Assembly: GCA_937124585.1 (NCBI GenBank)
Contig: CAKZKT010000051.1
Location: forward strand, 16,398 to 80,397
Length of the DNA stretch: 64,000 nt
From: an uncultured Anaerolineae bacterium
GTDB lineage: Bacteria; Chloroflexota; Anaerolineae; CG2-30-64-16
Direction of reading: 5' to 3'
Part shown: positions 46,980 to 61,913 of the stretch, piece after piece
Position numbering within the stretch: the stretch's first letter is position 1
How the letters are laid out: each line of letters opens with the position of its first letter
Notes under the pieces: model-generated
Told to the model about the DNA's origin: nothing
The model's input: only the letters and a program-made list of their open reading frames with translations
Databases searched by the model: none
Made by a program: the position numbers and the translations under genes

Positions 46980-47783
46980 GTGCGCTTTATGTTGCCAGCC
47001 AGCAAGTCAGAGCCTCTTGCGAGGGGACTCATCGGCGCTGTTGACCGAGCGCTCGATATCCTGAACCTGTTCGATTCGCGCACGCCCGAACTCGGCACCA
47101 CCGAGATCGCCGAAGCAACCGGTCTCCACAAGAGCACAGCGGCCGGATTGATCTACACCCTTGCGGCCAAAGGCTATTTGACGCAGAATCCGCACAACCG
47201 CAAATACAGGCTGGGCCTGAAGCTCGTGGAGCGCGCGGCGATCGTGTTGGGCAGCATGGACTTGCGTCGCGTGGCGTTGCCCTACTTGCAGCAATTGCGC
47301 GATACTTTCAACGAAAGCGTCAATCTGGCGATCCTGGATGGAGGATACATGGTCTACGTGGAGCGCGTCCTGGGCACCCGAGCTCTGGGCATGCGCTCCG
47401 AGGTGGGCAAGCGCGAACCGGCGCACAGCACCGCGCTGGGCAAGGCGATCCTTTCCTGTTGGAAACCGGCCGAGGTTGCCGCCTACGTCGAGCGTTACGG
47501 GCTGCGCAAGATGACGCCCCGCACCGTTGTTGACCCGGCGGTCTTTCTGGGCCAGGTCGCAGAGGCTCGACGTCTGGGTTACGCGCTGGATGACGAGGAG
47601 AACGAAGAGGGTGGTCGTTGTGTGGCTGCGCCTGTTTTTGATCACGTTGGCCAGCCCATCGCGGCCATCAGCATCTCGGCGCCGACCGCCCGTTTGGCGC
47701 TGGAGGATGTCCCGCAGGTCGGCGTGCAGGTGCGCGCGGCAGCCCTGGCGATCTCGGCCAGCCTGGGCTACGTCCCCAGGTGA
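46980..47783 (+). CDS. IclR-family transcriptional regulator
   Basis: N-terminal HTH (ALDILNLF...LGTTEIAEATGLHKSTAAGLIYTL) plus a C-terminal IclR effector domain. Confidence 0.85.
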   Translation: MRFMLPASKSEPLARGLIGAVDRALDILNLFDSRTPELGTTEIAEATGLHKSTAAGLIYTLAAKGYLTQNPHNRKYRLGLKLVERAAIVLGSMDLRRVALPYLQQLRDTFNESVNLAILDGGYMVYVERVLGTRALGMRSEVGKREPAHSTALGKAILSCWKPAEVAAYVERYGLRKMTPRTVVDPAVFLGQVAEARRLGYALDDEENEEGGRCVAAPVFDHVGQPIAAISISAPTARLALEDVPQVGVQVRAAALAISASLGYVPR

Positions 47784-47989
47784 TCGCGGCGTGTTGTCTG
47801 CCCCTTTGTGAGTTCTGTCAACCTGCCAGGCTTAGCAGAGCACAGCTTTGGCTCGCCCAGAGGCGCCAGGAGGCCACGAGAGGATCGGGCACCTTCGTGG
47901 CCGCGGTGGCTTTGTGTGAGCGTGATGACCTGTTGAATCCGGCTGCTACCTATCTCTAATCACGAAAGAGAAAGGAAAAAAAGGAGGTC

Positions 47990-50191
47990 ATGATGTCCAC
48001 GAGCAAGAAGTTGACGAGGCGGCAGTTTCTGACCCTGGCCGGCGCTGCCACCGGAACAGCGGCGTTGGCCGCTTGTGCTCAGCCCACTCCCGCCCCGACG
48101 CCGGTGCCGCCCACACAGGCGCCGGCGGCTCCAGCCCCAGCAGCCACGCAGGCTCCCGCGCCGACGGCTGCTCCCGCACCGGCTGCCGTGCCGACCAAAG
48201 CCCCGGCGCCGACTGTGGCGCCAACCGCAGCCCCCAAGCTGGGCGAGTCGCTCATCGGCAAGCTCGAAGGCCCGGAGATCATCCGGGATACGGTAAAATA
48301 TCCCAAGAAGTTCGCCGAAGCGCCGATACTGGCCGAGATGGTCAAGGCCGGCAAGCTGCCGCCCGTCGAACAGCGTTTGCCCGAACCGACCGAAGTCATG
48401 GTCATCAAGCCGCTGAAGGAGATCGGCAAATACGGCGGCAACTGGCGCCGCGGCTTCACCGGCCCCGCCGACCACGAAAACGGCAACCGCATTGTGTCCA
48501 CCGAGAAGATCTTGTTCTGGGACTACACCGGCAACAAGATCGGTCCGGCCCTGTGCAAGGACTGGAAGCTCAGCGAGGACGGCAAGACGACCACCATCTA
48601 TCTGCGCAAGGGCGCCAAATGGTCGGATGGCACGCCGCTCACCGCCGACGACTTCATGTTCTGGTTCGAGGACATCTACTCGAACAAAGACCTGGTGCCC
48701 ACCCCGTTCCCCGAGATGCTGGCAAACGGCAAGCCGGGCGTGATGAAGAAGATAGACGACTTCACCGTTGCTTTCGAGTTCCCCGAGCCGAACTACCTGT
48801 TCCCCTACATCCTGGCAGGCAGCACGGCCATCGGCGCGGGCTTCGCCACGCGCGGCGCGTTCGGCACTTACGGCGGCGGCTACGCGCCCAAACACTACCT
48901 GAAGCAATTCCTGCCCAAGTATTCTTCGGAGAACGAGATCAACGCTAAGGCCAAGGCTGCCGGCTTCGATGACTGGAAGGCCTACTTCAAGAACCGCTAC
49001 AGCTGGGTGCTCAACCCCGACGTGCCGGTGATGACCCCGTGGCGGACGGTCAGCCCCATCAACACGCCTACCTGGGTGCTGGAGCGCAACCCCTACTACT
49101 GGGCGGTGGACACCGAGGGCAATCAGCTTCCCTACATTGACAAGATCACCATGACGCTGGCCGAAAACCTGCAGGTGCTCAACCTGCGCGCGGTGGCCGG
49201 CGAGTACGACATCCAGGAGCGCCACGTGTCGCTGGCCAACCTGCCCGTGCTCCTGGAGAACCAGCAGAAGGGCAACTACACCGTGCACCTCGACCCGGCG
49301 CTCAACGGCTCGGACGTGACGCTGCACATAGGCAACGCCTACAAAGCCGATCCGGAGATCGCCAAGTGGCTCAGGAACAAGGACTTCCGCCACGCGCTCT
49401 CGCTGGGGATTGACCGCGATCAGCTCAACGAGACGTTCTGGCTCGGCGTGGGCACGCCCGGCTCGACCGCACCTGCCGAGACCACCATCTACAGCCCAGG
49501 CCCTGAGTATCGCAAGAAGTGGTGCACGCTCGACATCAAACAGGCCAACGAGATCCTGGACAGGATCGGCCTCAGCAAGAAGGATGCCGAGGGCTTCCGC
49601 CTGCGCACCGATAACGGCCAGCGCTTGCGCCTGGAGATGATCACCGTGGGCGGGCAGTTCGTGCCCTACACGGCGGTCGGCGAGATGATCAAGCAACAGT
49701 GGAAGAAGATCGGCATTGACGTGGATGTCAAGGAGATGGAGCGCAACCTGGCGTTCGGCAAGACGGCCAACAACGAGCACCAGATCATCCTGTGGGCCAA
49801 CGATGGCTCGGAGATGTTGTTCCTCTTCCCGCGCCACGCGTTGCCGGTGGACCCGGTCGAATGCCACATGGGCATGGCATTTGCCAAGTGGTATGCCTCG
49901 GGCGGCACGCAGGGCGAGAAGCCGGACGATCCCGAGATGCTGCGCGCCTTTGATCTAATGCGTAAAGTCTCCTCGATGACGGAAGAGGAGCAGATCAAGA
50001 CCGGCAAGGAGCTGTGGAAGATCATCGTCGAGCAGCAGTGGAGCATCGGTACGGTCGGCCAGTCGCCCGCCTTCATGGGCGTGCGCGTGGTCAAGAACAA
50101 CATGGGCAACATCCCGGAGCGTCAGGTTAACGCCCAGCACTGCCGCACGCCGGGCAGCTCGTTGCCGCCGACGTTCTTCTTCAAGAGTTAA
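47990..50191 (+). CDS. Family-5 substrate-binding lipoprotein with a Tat signal and Pro/Ala/Thr-rich linker
   Basis: Twin-arginine TRRQFLTLAG, lipobox LAAC. RBS AAAGGAGG. Confidence 0.85.
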   Translation: MMSTSKKLTRRQFLTLAGAATGTAALAACAQPTPAPTPVPPTQAPAAPAPAATQAPAPTAAPAPAAVPTKAPAPTVAPTAAPKLGESLIGKLEGPEIIRDTVKYPKKFAEAPILAEMVKAGKLPPVEQRLPEPTEVMVIKPLKEIGKYGGNWRRGFTGPADHENGNRIVSTEKILFWDYTGNKIGPALCKDWKLSEDGKTTTIYLRKGAKWSDGTPLTADDFMFWFEDIYSNKDLVPTPFPEMLANGKPGVMKKIDDFTVAFEFPEPNYLFPYILAGSTAIGAGFATRGAFGTYGGGYAPKHYLKQFLPKYSSENEINAKAKAAGFDDWKAYFKNRYSWVLNPDVPVMTPWRTVSPINTPTWVLERNPYYWAVDTEGNQLPYIDKITMTLAENLQVLNLRAVAGEYDIQERHVSLANLPVLLENQQKGNYTVHLDPALNGSDVTLHIGNAYKADPEIAKWLRNKDFRHALSLGIDRDQLNETFWLGVGTPGSTAPAETTIYSPGPEYRKKWCTLDIKQANEILDRIGLSKKDAEGFRLRTDNGQRLRLEMITVGGQFVPYTAVGEMIKQQWKKIGIDVDVKEMERNLAFGKTANNEHQIILWANDGSEMLFLFPRHALPVDPVECHMGMAFAKWYASGGTQGEKPDDPEMLRAFDLMRKVSSMTEEEQIKTGKELWKIIVEQQWSIGTVGQSPAFMGVRVVKNNMGNIPERQVNAQHCRTPGSSLPPTFFFKS

Positions 50192-50262
50192 CCTCGCCCT
50201 GCCGTTCCCTCTTCCTCCCCACGCCGGGGAGGAAGAGGTCGGGGGGAGAGGCAGGAGGCCCG

Positions 50263-51252
50263 ATGCTTGCCTACATCCTGCGCCGCCTGATCCTGGCGCT
50301 GATCACCGTGATTGCGATCAGCATTCTGTCGTTCGTCATCATTCAGTTGCCGCCCGGCGACTTCATCACCTCCTACATCGCCTCGATGTCGGCGGGCGGC
50401 GGTACGGTCTCGGAGGCCGAGGTCGAGGCGCTGCGCGAACAGTACGGGCTGGACCAGCCGATCACCGTTCAATACCTGAAATGGGTGAGCCAGATCGTGC
50501 AGGGCAACTTCGGCATGGCATTGGAATGGAACCGACCCGTGAAGGATGTCATCGGCGATCGCCTGACGCTGACGGTCATCATTTCGTTGGCGGCCGTGAT
50601 CTTCACCTGGGCGGTGGCGCTGCCCATCGGCATCTATTCGGCCGTCAAGCGTTATTCCATCGGCGACTACATCTTCACATTCATCGGTTTCATCGGCCTG
50701 GCCATCCCCGGCTTCATGCTGGCATTGATCGTCCTCTACGTGGGTTTTCGTTATTTCAATGCCAACGTGGGCGGCCTCTTTTCGCCAGAATATGCGGAAG
50801 CGCCGTGGAGCTGGGCCAAATTCCAGGACCTGCTGGCGCATCTGCCGATCCCGGCGGTTGTGCTCGGCCTTTCCGGCACGGCCCAGATGATCCGCATCAT
50901 GCGTTCCAATCTGCTCGACGAGCTGCGGAAGCCCTATGTGATGACGGCACGCGCCCGTGGTCTCACCGAGATGCGCGTGATCCTGAAATACCCGGTACGC
51001 GTCGCCATGAATCCTTTCATCAGCACCATCGGCTACCTGCTGCCCTACATCGTCTCCGGCAGCATTATCGTCTCCCTGGTGCTCAGCCTGCCCACCGTCG
51101 GCCCGTTGCTGCTGAAGGCGTTGATCGCCCAGGACATGTTCCTCGCCGGCACCATCATCCTGCTGCTCGGCGTAATGACGGTGATCGGCACCTTTATTTC
51201 CGACCTGCTGCTGATGTGGGTTGACCCGCGCATCCGTCTGGAGAGGCGCTAA
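50263..51252 (+). CDS. ABC permease (DppB/OppB-like)
   Basis: Permease signature ...MTARARGLTEMRVILKYPVRVAMNP. Confidence 0.85.
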   Translation: MLAYILRRLILALITVIAISILSFVIIQLPPGDFITSYIASMSAGGGTVSEAEVEALREQYGLDQPITVQYLKWVSQIVQGNFGMALEWNRPVKDVIGDRLTLTVIISLAAVIFTWAVALPIGIYSAVKRYSIGDYIFTFIGFIGLAIPGFMLALIVLYVGFRYFNANVGGLFSPEYAEAPWSWAKFQDLLAHLPIPAVVLGLSGTAQMIRIMRSNLLDELRKPYVMTARARGLTEMRVILKYPVRVAMNPFISTIGYLLPYIVSGSIIVSLVLSLPTVGPLLLKALIAQDMFLAGTIILLLGVMTVIGTFISDLLLMWVDPRIRLERR

Positions 51253-52448
51253 TGGCCGAGCCAGAACAAGATCTCAAACCACACGCAACCCCCTCTTCCT
51301 CGCAGGGAGAGGGCTGGGGTGAGGGTGATTTCCTGGACGAAGACGTAACCACCACCGAAGCCGAAGAGCGCATCTCGGTCGCCACGGCCGGTCAGCTCAT
51401 GTGGTGGCGATTCCGCAAGCACCGCCTGGCCATGGTCAGCGCCGTGGTGCTGATCATCTTCTACCTAGTCGTGATTTTCGCTCCCTTCCTGGCCTACGTT
51501 GATCCGGAGCTCTCCGAGGCGCAGCGTTCGCTGATGCCGCCCCAGCCGGTTCACCTGTTTCGCGAGGGCCGCTTCGAGCCGCACGTCTATGCGGTCAAGG
51601 GCGCGCGCGATCCCAAGACCTTCAAACGCGTCTACGTCACTGACCCCAACACGGTGATTCCGCTGCGCTTCTTCGTCAAGGGCTTTCCATACAAGCTGCT
51701 GGGCGTGATCCCGTCGGACATCCACCTGCTGGGGGTCGAGGGTGTGCCGGTCGAGGAGGCGCTCTTCATCCTGGGCACCGACCTGAACGGCCGCGATCTC
51801 TGGTCGCGCCTGATGTTCGCCACGCAGATGTCGCTCACCATCGGCCTGGCCGCGGTCGCCATCAGCCTCTTCCTTGGCGTGCTGCTGGGCGGCATTTCCG
51901 GCTACTTCAGCGGCACGGTGGATACGCTGATCCAACGCGTGATTGAAATCTTGCGCTCCTTGCCGACGATCCCGCTGTGGATGGGCCTGGCCGCGGCGCT
52001 GCCCGGCAGCTGGCCGGTGCAGCGCGTCTATCTGGCGATCACCATCATCATCTCGCTGCTGGGATGGACCGAACTGGCGCGCGTCGTGCGCGGCCGTTTC
52101 CTCACGCTGCGGGAGGAGGATTTCATCACCGCGGCCGAGCTGGCCGGCTGCAGCCGCATGCGCATCATCTTTCGCCACATGGTGCCATCGTTCCTCAGCC
52201 ACATCATCGCGGCGACCACCCTGGCCATTCCCGCCATGATCATCAGCGAGACATCGCTCAGCTTCCTGGGCCTCGGCCTGCGGCCGCCGGCCATCTCGTG
52301 GGGCGTGCTGCTCGAGCAGGCGCAGAACATCCAGGCGCTGGCCATCTCACCGTGGCTGCTGCTTCCGGCCATCCCGGTCATCCTGGCCGTCCTGGCCTTC
52401 AATTTCGTCGGCGATGGCCTGCGCGATGCAGCCGATCCCTACGGATGA
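51252..52448 (+). CDS. ABC permease (DppC/OppC-like) with a long N-terminal extension
   Basis: ...ITAAELAGCSRMRIIFRHMVPS. Confidence 0.85.
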   Translation: MAEPEQDLKPHATPSSSQGEGWGEGDFLDEDVTTTEAEERISVATAGQLMWWRFRKHRLAMVSAVVLIIFYLVVIFAPFLAYVDPELSEAQRSLMPPQPVHLFREGRFEPHVYAVKGARDPKTFKRVYVTDPNTVIPLRFFVKGFPYKLLGVIPSDIHLLGVEGVPVEEALFILGTDLNGRDLWSRLMFATQMSLTIGLAAVAISLFLGVLLGGISGYFSGTVDTLIQRVIEILRSLPTIPLWMGLAAALPGSWPVQRVYLAITIIISLLGWTELARVVRGRFLTLREEDFITAAELAGCSRMRIIFRHMVPSFLSHIIAATTLAIPAMIISETSLSFLGLGLRPPAISWGVLLEQAQNIQALAISPWLLLPAIPVILAVLAFNFVGDGLRDAADPYG

Positions 52449-52452
52449 GCCC

Positions 52453-53463
52453 ATGAACGATCAACGCACGCCTCTGCTTTCGGTTCGTGATCTGAAAACC
52501 TATTTTTTCCAAGACGAAGGCACCGTCAAAGCCGTGGACGGCGCATCCTTCGATGTCGCTCGCGGGCAGACGCTGGGCATCGTGGGCGAATCGGGTTGCG
52601 GCAAAAGCGTCACGGCCCGCTCCATCTTGCGCATCGTCGAAGCGCCCGGCCGCATCGTCGGCGGACAGATCCTCTGGTATGACGCCAAAGGGCAGCCGAC
52701 CGATTTGACCCAACTCGACCCCGACGGCCATCAGATGCGAAGCCTGCGCGGACGCGAGATCGGCTTAATCTTCCAGGAGCCGATGACGTCGTTCAGCCCT
52801 GTCCACACTGTCGGCAACCAGATCATAGAGGCCATCCGACTGCACATGGGCGTCTCCAAGGCCGAGGCCCGACGCCGGGCGATTGAGGCGTTACGTCAGG
52901 TCGGCATCCCGCAGCCGGAACGTCGCATTGACGACTACGCGTTTCAGCTCTCCGGCGGGCTGCGCCAGCGCGCCATGATCGCTGTAGCCCTCTCGTGCGA
53001 CCCGCGGCTGCTGATCGCCGACGAGCCGACCACTGCGCTGGACGTCACCACCCAGGCCCAGATCCTCGATCTGCTGCGTGAGCTCCAGCAGCAGCGCGGC
53101 ATGGCCATCATGCTGATCACGCACAACCTCGGCGTGGTCGCCGAAATGTGCGATGATGTCGTCGTGATGTACCTCGGTCGAGTAGTGGAGGTCGGTTCGG
53201 TGGATGCCATCTTCCATCAGGCGAAACATCCCTACACGCGGGCTTTGCTGCGCTCGATCCCGGCCATCACGACACCGCCGCGCGTCAAACTACACACCAT
53301 CACCGGCTCCATTCCACACCCCTACAACCGGCCCAGCGGCTGTCCCTTCCACCCGCGCTGCCCGGAGCGCCTGCGTGGGCTGTGCGAAGTCGCAGAACCG
53401 GCGCTGCGCGCTGTGGGGAACGGTCAGTCGGTGAGCTGTTTTCTGTACGAAAATCGGGCATAG
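52453..53463 (+). CDS. ABC ATP-binding protein (DppD/OppD-like)
   Basis: [27 protein letters not shown]. The internal ATG immediately follows the permease stop. Confidence 0.85.
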   Translation: MNDQRTPLLSVRDLKTYFFQDEGTVKAVDGASFDVARGQTLGIVGESGCGKSVTARSILRIVEAPGRIVGGQILWYDAKGQPTDLTQLDPDGHQMRSLRGREIGLIFQEPMTSFSPVHTVGNQIIEAIRLHMGVSKAEARRRAIEALRQVGIPQPERRIDDYAFQLSGGLRQRAMIAVALSCDPRLLIADEPTTALDVTTQAQILDLLRELQQQRGMAIMLITHNLGVVAEMCDDVVVMYLGRVVEVGSVDAIFHQAKHPYTRALLRSIPAITTPPRVKLHTITGSIPHPYNRPSGCPFHPRCPERLRGLCEVAEPALRAVGNGQSVSCFLYENRA

Positions 53464-53479
53464 CCAGGACGACGCCAAG

Positions 53480-54499
53480 TTGAAAGCGACCCAAGACCAA
53501 CTCCTTCTCGAAGTCAAAAACCTGCGCAAGTTCTTCCCCATCCGACGGGGTTTCCTGCAGCGCATCGTGGGTCAGGTGCGCGCAGTGGATGACGTCTCAT
53601 TCTTTATCCGGCCGGGCGAGACCTTTTCGCTGGTGGGAGAAAGTGGCTGTGGCAAGACGACCACGTCGCGTTGCATCCTGCGCGCGGTGCGGCCCACATC
53701 CGGCCAGATCCTCTTCCGCACCGGCGATGGTCGCGTGGTGGACGTGGCTGCGTTATCGGCCGACGAGCTGAAACCGTTGCGCCGCGAGATGCAAATGATC
53801 TTCCAGGATCCCTTCTCCTCGCTGAACCCGCGCATGACCTTGCTGGACATCGTCGGCGAGCCGTTGCTGGTCAACGGCATGACGGACCGGGCCGCGCGCA
53901 CCGAGCGGGTGGCCGAGCTGCTGAAGCTGGTGGGATTGCGGCCCGAGTACATGCGTCGTTTCCCGCACGCGTTCAGCGGCGGCCAGCGGCAGCGCATCGG
54001 CATCGCCCGCGCCCTGGCCCTCCATCCCCGGCTGGTCGTGGCCGACGAGCCGGTCTCCGCGCTCGACGTCTCGGTGCAGGCTCAGATCCTCAACCTCATG
54101 CTCGATCTGCAATCGGAGCTGGGCCTCACCTATCTGTTCGTCGCTCACGACCTGAGCGTGGTTAAACATATCAGCGAGCGGGTGGCAGTGATGTACGTCG
54201 GCCGGCTGGTGGAGATGGCACCCACCCAGGACCTCTTCTACACGCCGAAGCACCCCTATACCGAAGCGCTGCTCTCCGCGGTGCCGAAGCCCGACCCCCG
54301 GCTGCGTTCGAAGCGCATCGTGCTCCAGGGCAGCGTGGCCGATCCGGCCAATCCGCCGTCGGGCTGCTATTTTCACCCGCGATGTCGCTACGCGGCGGAT
54401 ATCTGCAGCCGCGCAACGCCCACATTGGTGGAGCTGGAGCCAGGACATTTCGTGGCCTGCCACCGCGCGGCCGAGCTGAAGCTGACAGGGGTGGTGTGA
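53480..54499 (+). CDS. ABC ATP-binding protein (DppF/OppF-like)
   Basis: [28 protein letters not shown]. The TTG start is taken from the ORF track. Confidence 0.8.
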   Translation: MKATQDQLLLEVKNLRKFFPIRRGFLQRIVGQVRAVDDVSFFIRPGETFSLVGESGCGKTTTSRCILRAVRPTSGQILFRTGDGRVVDVAALSADELKPLRREMQMIFQDPFSSLNPRMTLLDIVGEPLLVNGMTDRAARTERVAELLKLVGLRPEYMRRFPHAFSGGQRQRIGIARALALHPRLVVADEPVSALDVSVQAQILNLMLDLQSELGLTYLFVAHDLSVVKHISERVAVMYVGRLVEMAPTQDLFYTPKHPYTEALLSAVPKPDPRLRSKRIVLQGSVADPANPPSGCYFHPRCRYAADICSRATPTLVELEPGHFVACHRAAELKLTGVV

Positions 54500-54538
54500 G
54501 GCGAGCCTTCGGAATCTGAAATAACCTGAAAAATCGCC

Positions 54539-54576
54539 CAACGTGCCGGGCACCGAGAAGGGTGCCCGGCACGTTG
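54539..54576. terminator. Bidirectional 16-bp-stem hairpin CAACGTGCCGGGCACC-gagaag-GGTGCCCGGCACGTTG between convergent genes
   Basis: A perfect inverted repeat whose stem core CGTGCCGGGCAC is related to the 24465 repeat family. Confidence 0.5.
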
Positions 54577-54619
54577 GGGAATGGGTGCAGGCCCTGCATC
54601 TGTGTCGTGTGCGGTCGCT

Positions 54620-55711
54620 TTATCGTAGTTCGAGGATGGCCGGTCGTTCCCACACCTCTTCGCCGGCTGCCACGCGCAGCAGCGGCCAGCCGGGCGTCTC
54701 CGTCAACACCTCATTGCCCGCAGCCCCCACCAGGATCGTGTCCTCGCTTTTGACGCCTGCGATCGAGGGATTCCAGGCGAACGCCTGCCCCACATGAACG
54801 ACCTCGGCCGAGTCCGGAGTAGCCAGATATTCGCGCGCCTGATAGCCGGCCGCGCCGCCTTGATGGTGTTGCTGCCACTCTGCGTCGAATCCGGCCGTGG
54901 CGTAGGCCTCGACGGCCGCCTGGAAGATCTCGGCCACGCGCGCGCCGGGTCGCGTGCGGCTGATGAAGACCGCATCCACTTGCGCGCAGGCTGCCTGCTT
55001 GCGGCGCAGCTCCTCGGACAATGGGCCGAAATGCACCAGCCGGGTGACTGAGGCAACCAGTCCATGCGCCCGACCACACAACACCAGCATGGCGTACTTT
55101 TCCAGGCGCTTGCCCGTGGGCAGCGGATGCCGGAAGCGGAAGATGCGCTCGTCAGCAGCGATCAGCACCACAATCGGGGTGACGCCCTGGGCATAGGTGT
55201 GCTCGCTCAGCAGGCCGGCGATCTCATGTTCGGTCATGCCTGGGCGCAGGCTGTGGGCCGCGGCAGCCATGGCCCGGCCGCACGCGCGGCCCACCGCGCG
55301 GAACCGTTCCCCTTCCGCGGGCGTCAATTGCAGGCGAAGCCGATTAAAAGCATCGCCCAGGTCGGCCGCGCCGGGGTGAGGCGCATCTGCGGCCAAGCGC
55401 AGGCCCGCCGTCAGCGCCGCCGTCTGCGCGGCGGCCGCGTGCCAGGGCGCCGCGCGCAATATGAAGCCGAGGTCGGCGAGCGGCTCCTCCGCGGCCAGAC
55501 GCGCCGCCTCGATGTTGGTGGTGAGCACGTACCGCGCGTCGGGGGTGACGAGCAGCATGGCCGCGCCCACGTCGGCCGCGATGCCGACATAACTGGCCGC
55601 GCCGTCGGTGAGCCAGGCGAAGTTGCAGATGCGCTTGATCAGCACGGCGTCGTGCTGGCGTTCGGCCAACAGCGCTCGCACACGGTTCAGTTTATGGTGG
55701 ATATCGCTCAT
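54620..55711 (-). CDS. M24-family metallopeptidase (Xaa-Pro aminopeptidase/creatinase-like)
   Basis: N-terminal creatinase-like domain plus a pita-bread fold with conserved H/D/E ligands. Confidence 0.7.
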   Translation of the reverse strand: MSDIHHKLNRVRALLAERQHDAVLIKRICNFAWLTDGAASYVGIAADVGAAMLLVTPDARYVLTTNIEAARLAAEEPLADLGFILRAAPWHAAAAQTAALTAGLRLAADAPHPGAADLGDAFNRLRLQLTPAEGERFRAVGRACGRAMAAAAHSLRPGMTEHEIAGLLSEHTYAQGVTPIVVLIAADERIFRFRHPLPTGKRLEKYAMLVLCGRAHGLVASVTRLVHFGPLSEELRRKQAACAQVDAVFISRTRPGARVAEIFQAAVEAYATAGFDAEWQQHHQGGAAGYQAREYLATPDSAEVVHVGQAFAWNPSIAGVKSEDTILVGAAGNEVLTETPGWPLLRVAAGEEVWERPAILELR

Positions 55712-55928
55712 GCAAACGGCCCCCTTTGTGTGAATGGATGGCCCGACGCGCTGCAGCCCGCGGCGCGCCGGCCTGTCGGTTGCTGGCTGCCGGGTGCACT
55801 ATAGCGGCGCCGCGATCTCCTGTCAAATCGGGAGCCGGCCACGGCCGCTTTTGGCGGCAGCATCATTCTATGTTACACTGATTGCTTGTGAATAGAATGC
55901 CCAAACCCTTGTCGAGGTGGTCAGGCCT

Positions 55929-56657
55929 ATGAAATGGCCAATTTTGATGCTTATTGCATTGCTGATCGCGGGGAACATCACGGCTGTGGTCGTGGCAGCG
56001 CCGCTGGCCCAGGGGCCCAAACCGGTCATCACTCAGCCGGAGCCCGATGCTGTCGTGCGCGGGATCGTGCAGATCGTCGGCTCGGCGACGCACCCGCAGT
56101 TTCAGCGATACGAATTGTACTACGCGCCCTATCCGCTGCCTTCGGACAACGCGTGGATCTTCATCGGCGATGCCCACTACCAGCAACAACCGGCCGGCCT
56201 TCTGGGGACATGGGCCACGGGCGGATTGCCCGACGGCGCCTATCTCCTGCGCGTGCGCGTGGTCAGACAAGACGGCAACTACACAGACAGCGACCCGCGG
56301 CGGGTGCTGGTTGCCAATCGTCGGCCGATCGAATCGCCGACGCCAGTGGCCACGCGCGAGCCGACCCGGCCGCCAGCTGCGCCCACTCCGACCGCCACCA
56401 TCGTCATCGTGGTGCCGACCGTGGAGCTGCCCAGGGCCGCGAGCACGCCGACTGTGCCGGCCCGCGTCACGCCGACGCCGCTGATCGGCGAAGCGCGACC
56501 GACAGCCACGCCGGCCAATAGCCTGGTGGATGTCAACCGGCTGGTGGAAACTGCGAAGACAAGCGCCACCTACACCGTGGGCCTCTTCGTCGCGATCGGC
56601 GCCATCTTCGCAGTGAAGGCGGTTCTCGCCTGGCTGTGGCACAAATTCCGGCCATGA
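55929..56657 (+). CDS. Secreted/membrane-anchored Pro/Thr-rich hypothetical protein
   Basis: Signal peptide, PT linker and a C-terminal TM. Confidence 0.55.
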   Translation: MKWPILMLIALLIAGNITAVVVAAPLAQGPKPVITQPEPDAVVRGIVQIVGSATHPQFQRYELYYAPYPLPSDNAWIFIGDAHYQQQPAGLLGTWATGGLPDGAYLLRVRVVRQDGNYTDSDPRRVLVANRRPIESPTPVATREPTRPPAAPTPTATIVIVVPTVELPRAASTPTVPARVTPTPLIGEARPTATPANSLVDVNRLVETAKTSATYTVGLFVAIGAIFAVKAVLAWLWHKFRP

Positions 56658-56761
56658 CCCGGCGGGTGGGTGACACAGTGGCAACCACGCTCGCTACGCT
56701 GGCGCGCTCGCTTGCCGGCTCACTGACTCGCCCTGCCGATGCTGGCCAGCCGATTGCCAGG

Positions 56762-57328
<567 letters not shown>

Positions 57329-57356
57329 TGGATGCGTGCAGGTTCGACGGACGGAT

Positions 57357-60971
<3,615 letters not shown>

Positions 60972-60977
<6 letters not shown>

Positions 60978-61044
60978 ACGAGGGATAAATGGGGGATAAA
61001 CGAGGGAAAGCTGAGGGATAACGAGGAATAAATGTGGGATAGCC
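60972..61044. repeat. Cluster of 5-6 GGATAA(A)YGRGG short repeats starting in the mfd stop codon
   Basis: cGGATAAacgagGGATAAatggggGATAAAcgagggaaagctgagGGATAAcgaGGAATAAatgtgGGATAg. Confidence 0.6.
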
Positions 61045-61092
61045 TCGCCCCGCTGTGATCCCCATACAGGTGCGGCGTCGTTTCGCGCCGGC

Positions 61093-61401
61093 CTACGGTT
61101 CCTGCTCGGCTTCGCAGGCGGGACAGCGTAGCGGATTCTTGAGCTCGATGAGGTGCTCCGTACAGACGGCGTAGACCATCACACGGTCAAACAGGCCCCA
61201 TTTGCGTTCGACGCTGGCTTCCAGCGCCAGATGTCTGCATGTCGTGTGGCGCAGAATGCCCGGCACAGGGCAGGAATCGCACAGGCTCCGCCTCCACGGC
61301 CGGCGATTCTCCCGATTGCGTTCGAGCAGTCGGCATGTCTCGAAGTCCCGACCACGATGGTAGTCGGCGTAGTAATAACGACAATCTACGGGTTTGCTCA
61401 T
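61093..61401 (-). CDS. Small Cys-rich zinc-ribbon-like hypothetical protein
   Basis: Four Cys pairs (C..C, CDSC, CPAC...). Confidence 0.45.
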   Translation of the reverse strand: MSKPVDCRYYYADYHRGRDFETCRLLERNRENRRPWRRSLCDSCPVPGILRHTTCRHLALEASVERKWGLFDRVMVYAVCTEHLIELKNPLRCPACEAEQEP

Positions 61402-61464
61402 CCTCTCCCCTGTATATCACGAATGATGTCGGCGTGTCAAATGCACATCAGAGGCTCTCGGAAT

Positions 61465-61492
61465 TTGGCATTCAGCCAGTCTGTGCTATAAT
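61465..61492 (+). promoter_or_regulatory. Promoter TTGGCA, 16 nt, TATAAT for tRNA-Arg
   Basis: The TATAAT ends 14 nt before the tRNA 5' end. Confidence 0.45.
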
Positions 61493-61506
61493 CACAACGT
61501 TGAAAC

Positions 61507-61578
<72 letters not shown>

Positions 61579-61615
61579 TGGCGTCGGTTACTTTGATTTC
61601 ATGGAGGCCATTCTC

Positions 61616-61816
61616 ATGTACGTCGTCACGGTTGATATCGCCAAGTGCCAGGGGTGTGGTGACTGCGTTGACACCTGCCCCAACGAGCTGATCGCCATGG
61701 TCGAAGAGAACGGCAAGCAGTACGCCATGTTCAAAGGCGATCCTGACGATTGCATCGGTTGTTACTCATGCGAGTCGGGCTGCGAAGAAGGAGCCATCAC
61801 CATTACCGAGCTGTGA
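61616..61816 (+). CDS. Small 2x[4Fe-4S] ferredoxin
   Basis: CQGCGDCVDTCP and CIGCYSCESGC. GGAGG RBS. Confidence 0.8.
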   Translation: MYVVTVDIAKCQGCGDCVDTCPNELIAMVEENGKQYAMFKGDPDDCIGCYSCESGCEEGAITITEL

Positions 61817-61841
61817 AGCTCTTCCCTCGCCGAACAAGCCA

Positions 61842-61890
61842 CAAAAATCAGGGTCGTCGCGATTTATCCTGCGACGACCCTGATTTTTTG
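61842..61890. terminator. Bidirectional rho-independent terminator (A-tract, 14-bp stem, T6)
   Basis: AAAAATCAGGGTCGTCGC-gatttatcct-GCGACGACCCTGATTTTTT. Confidence 0.8.
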
Positions 61891-61913
61891 GGCGACCACC
61901 GAGGGATCGTCCC

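Noticed and set aside
55860-55925. Inverted repeat CATTCTA-N23-TAGAATG upstream of the secreted PT-rich protein gene.
   Set aside because: It is short and AT-rich and could be chance. It is mentioned only as a possible operator.
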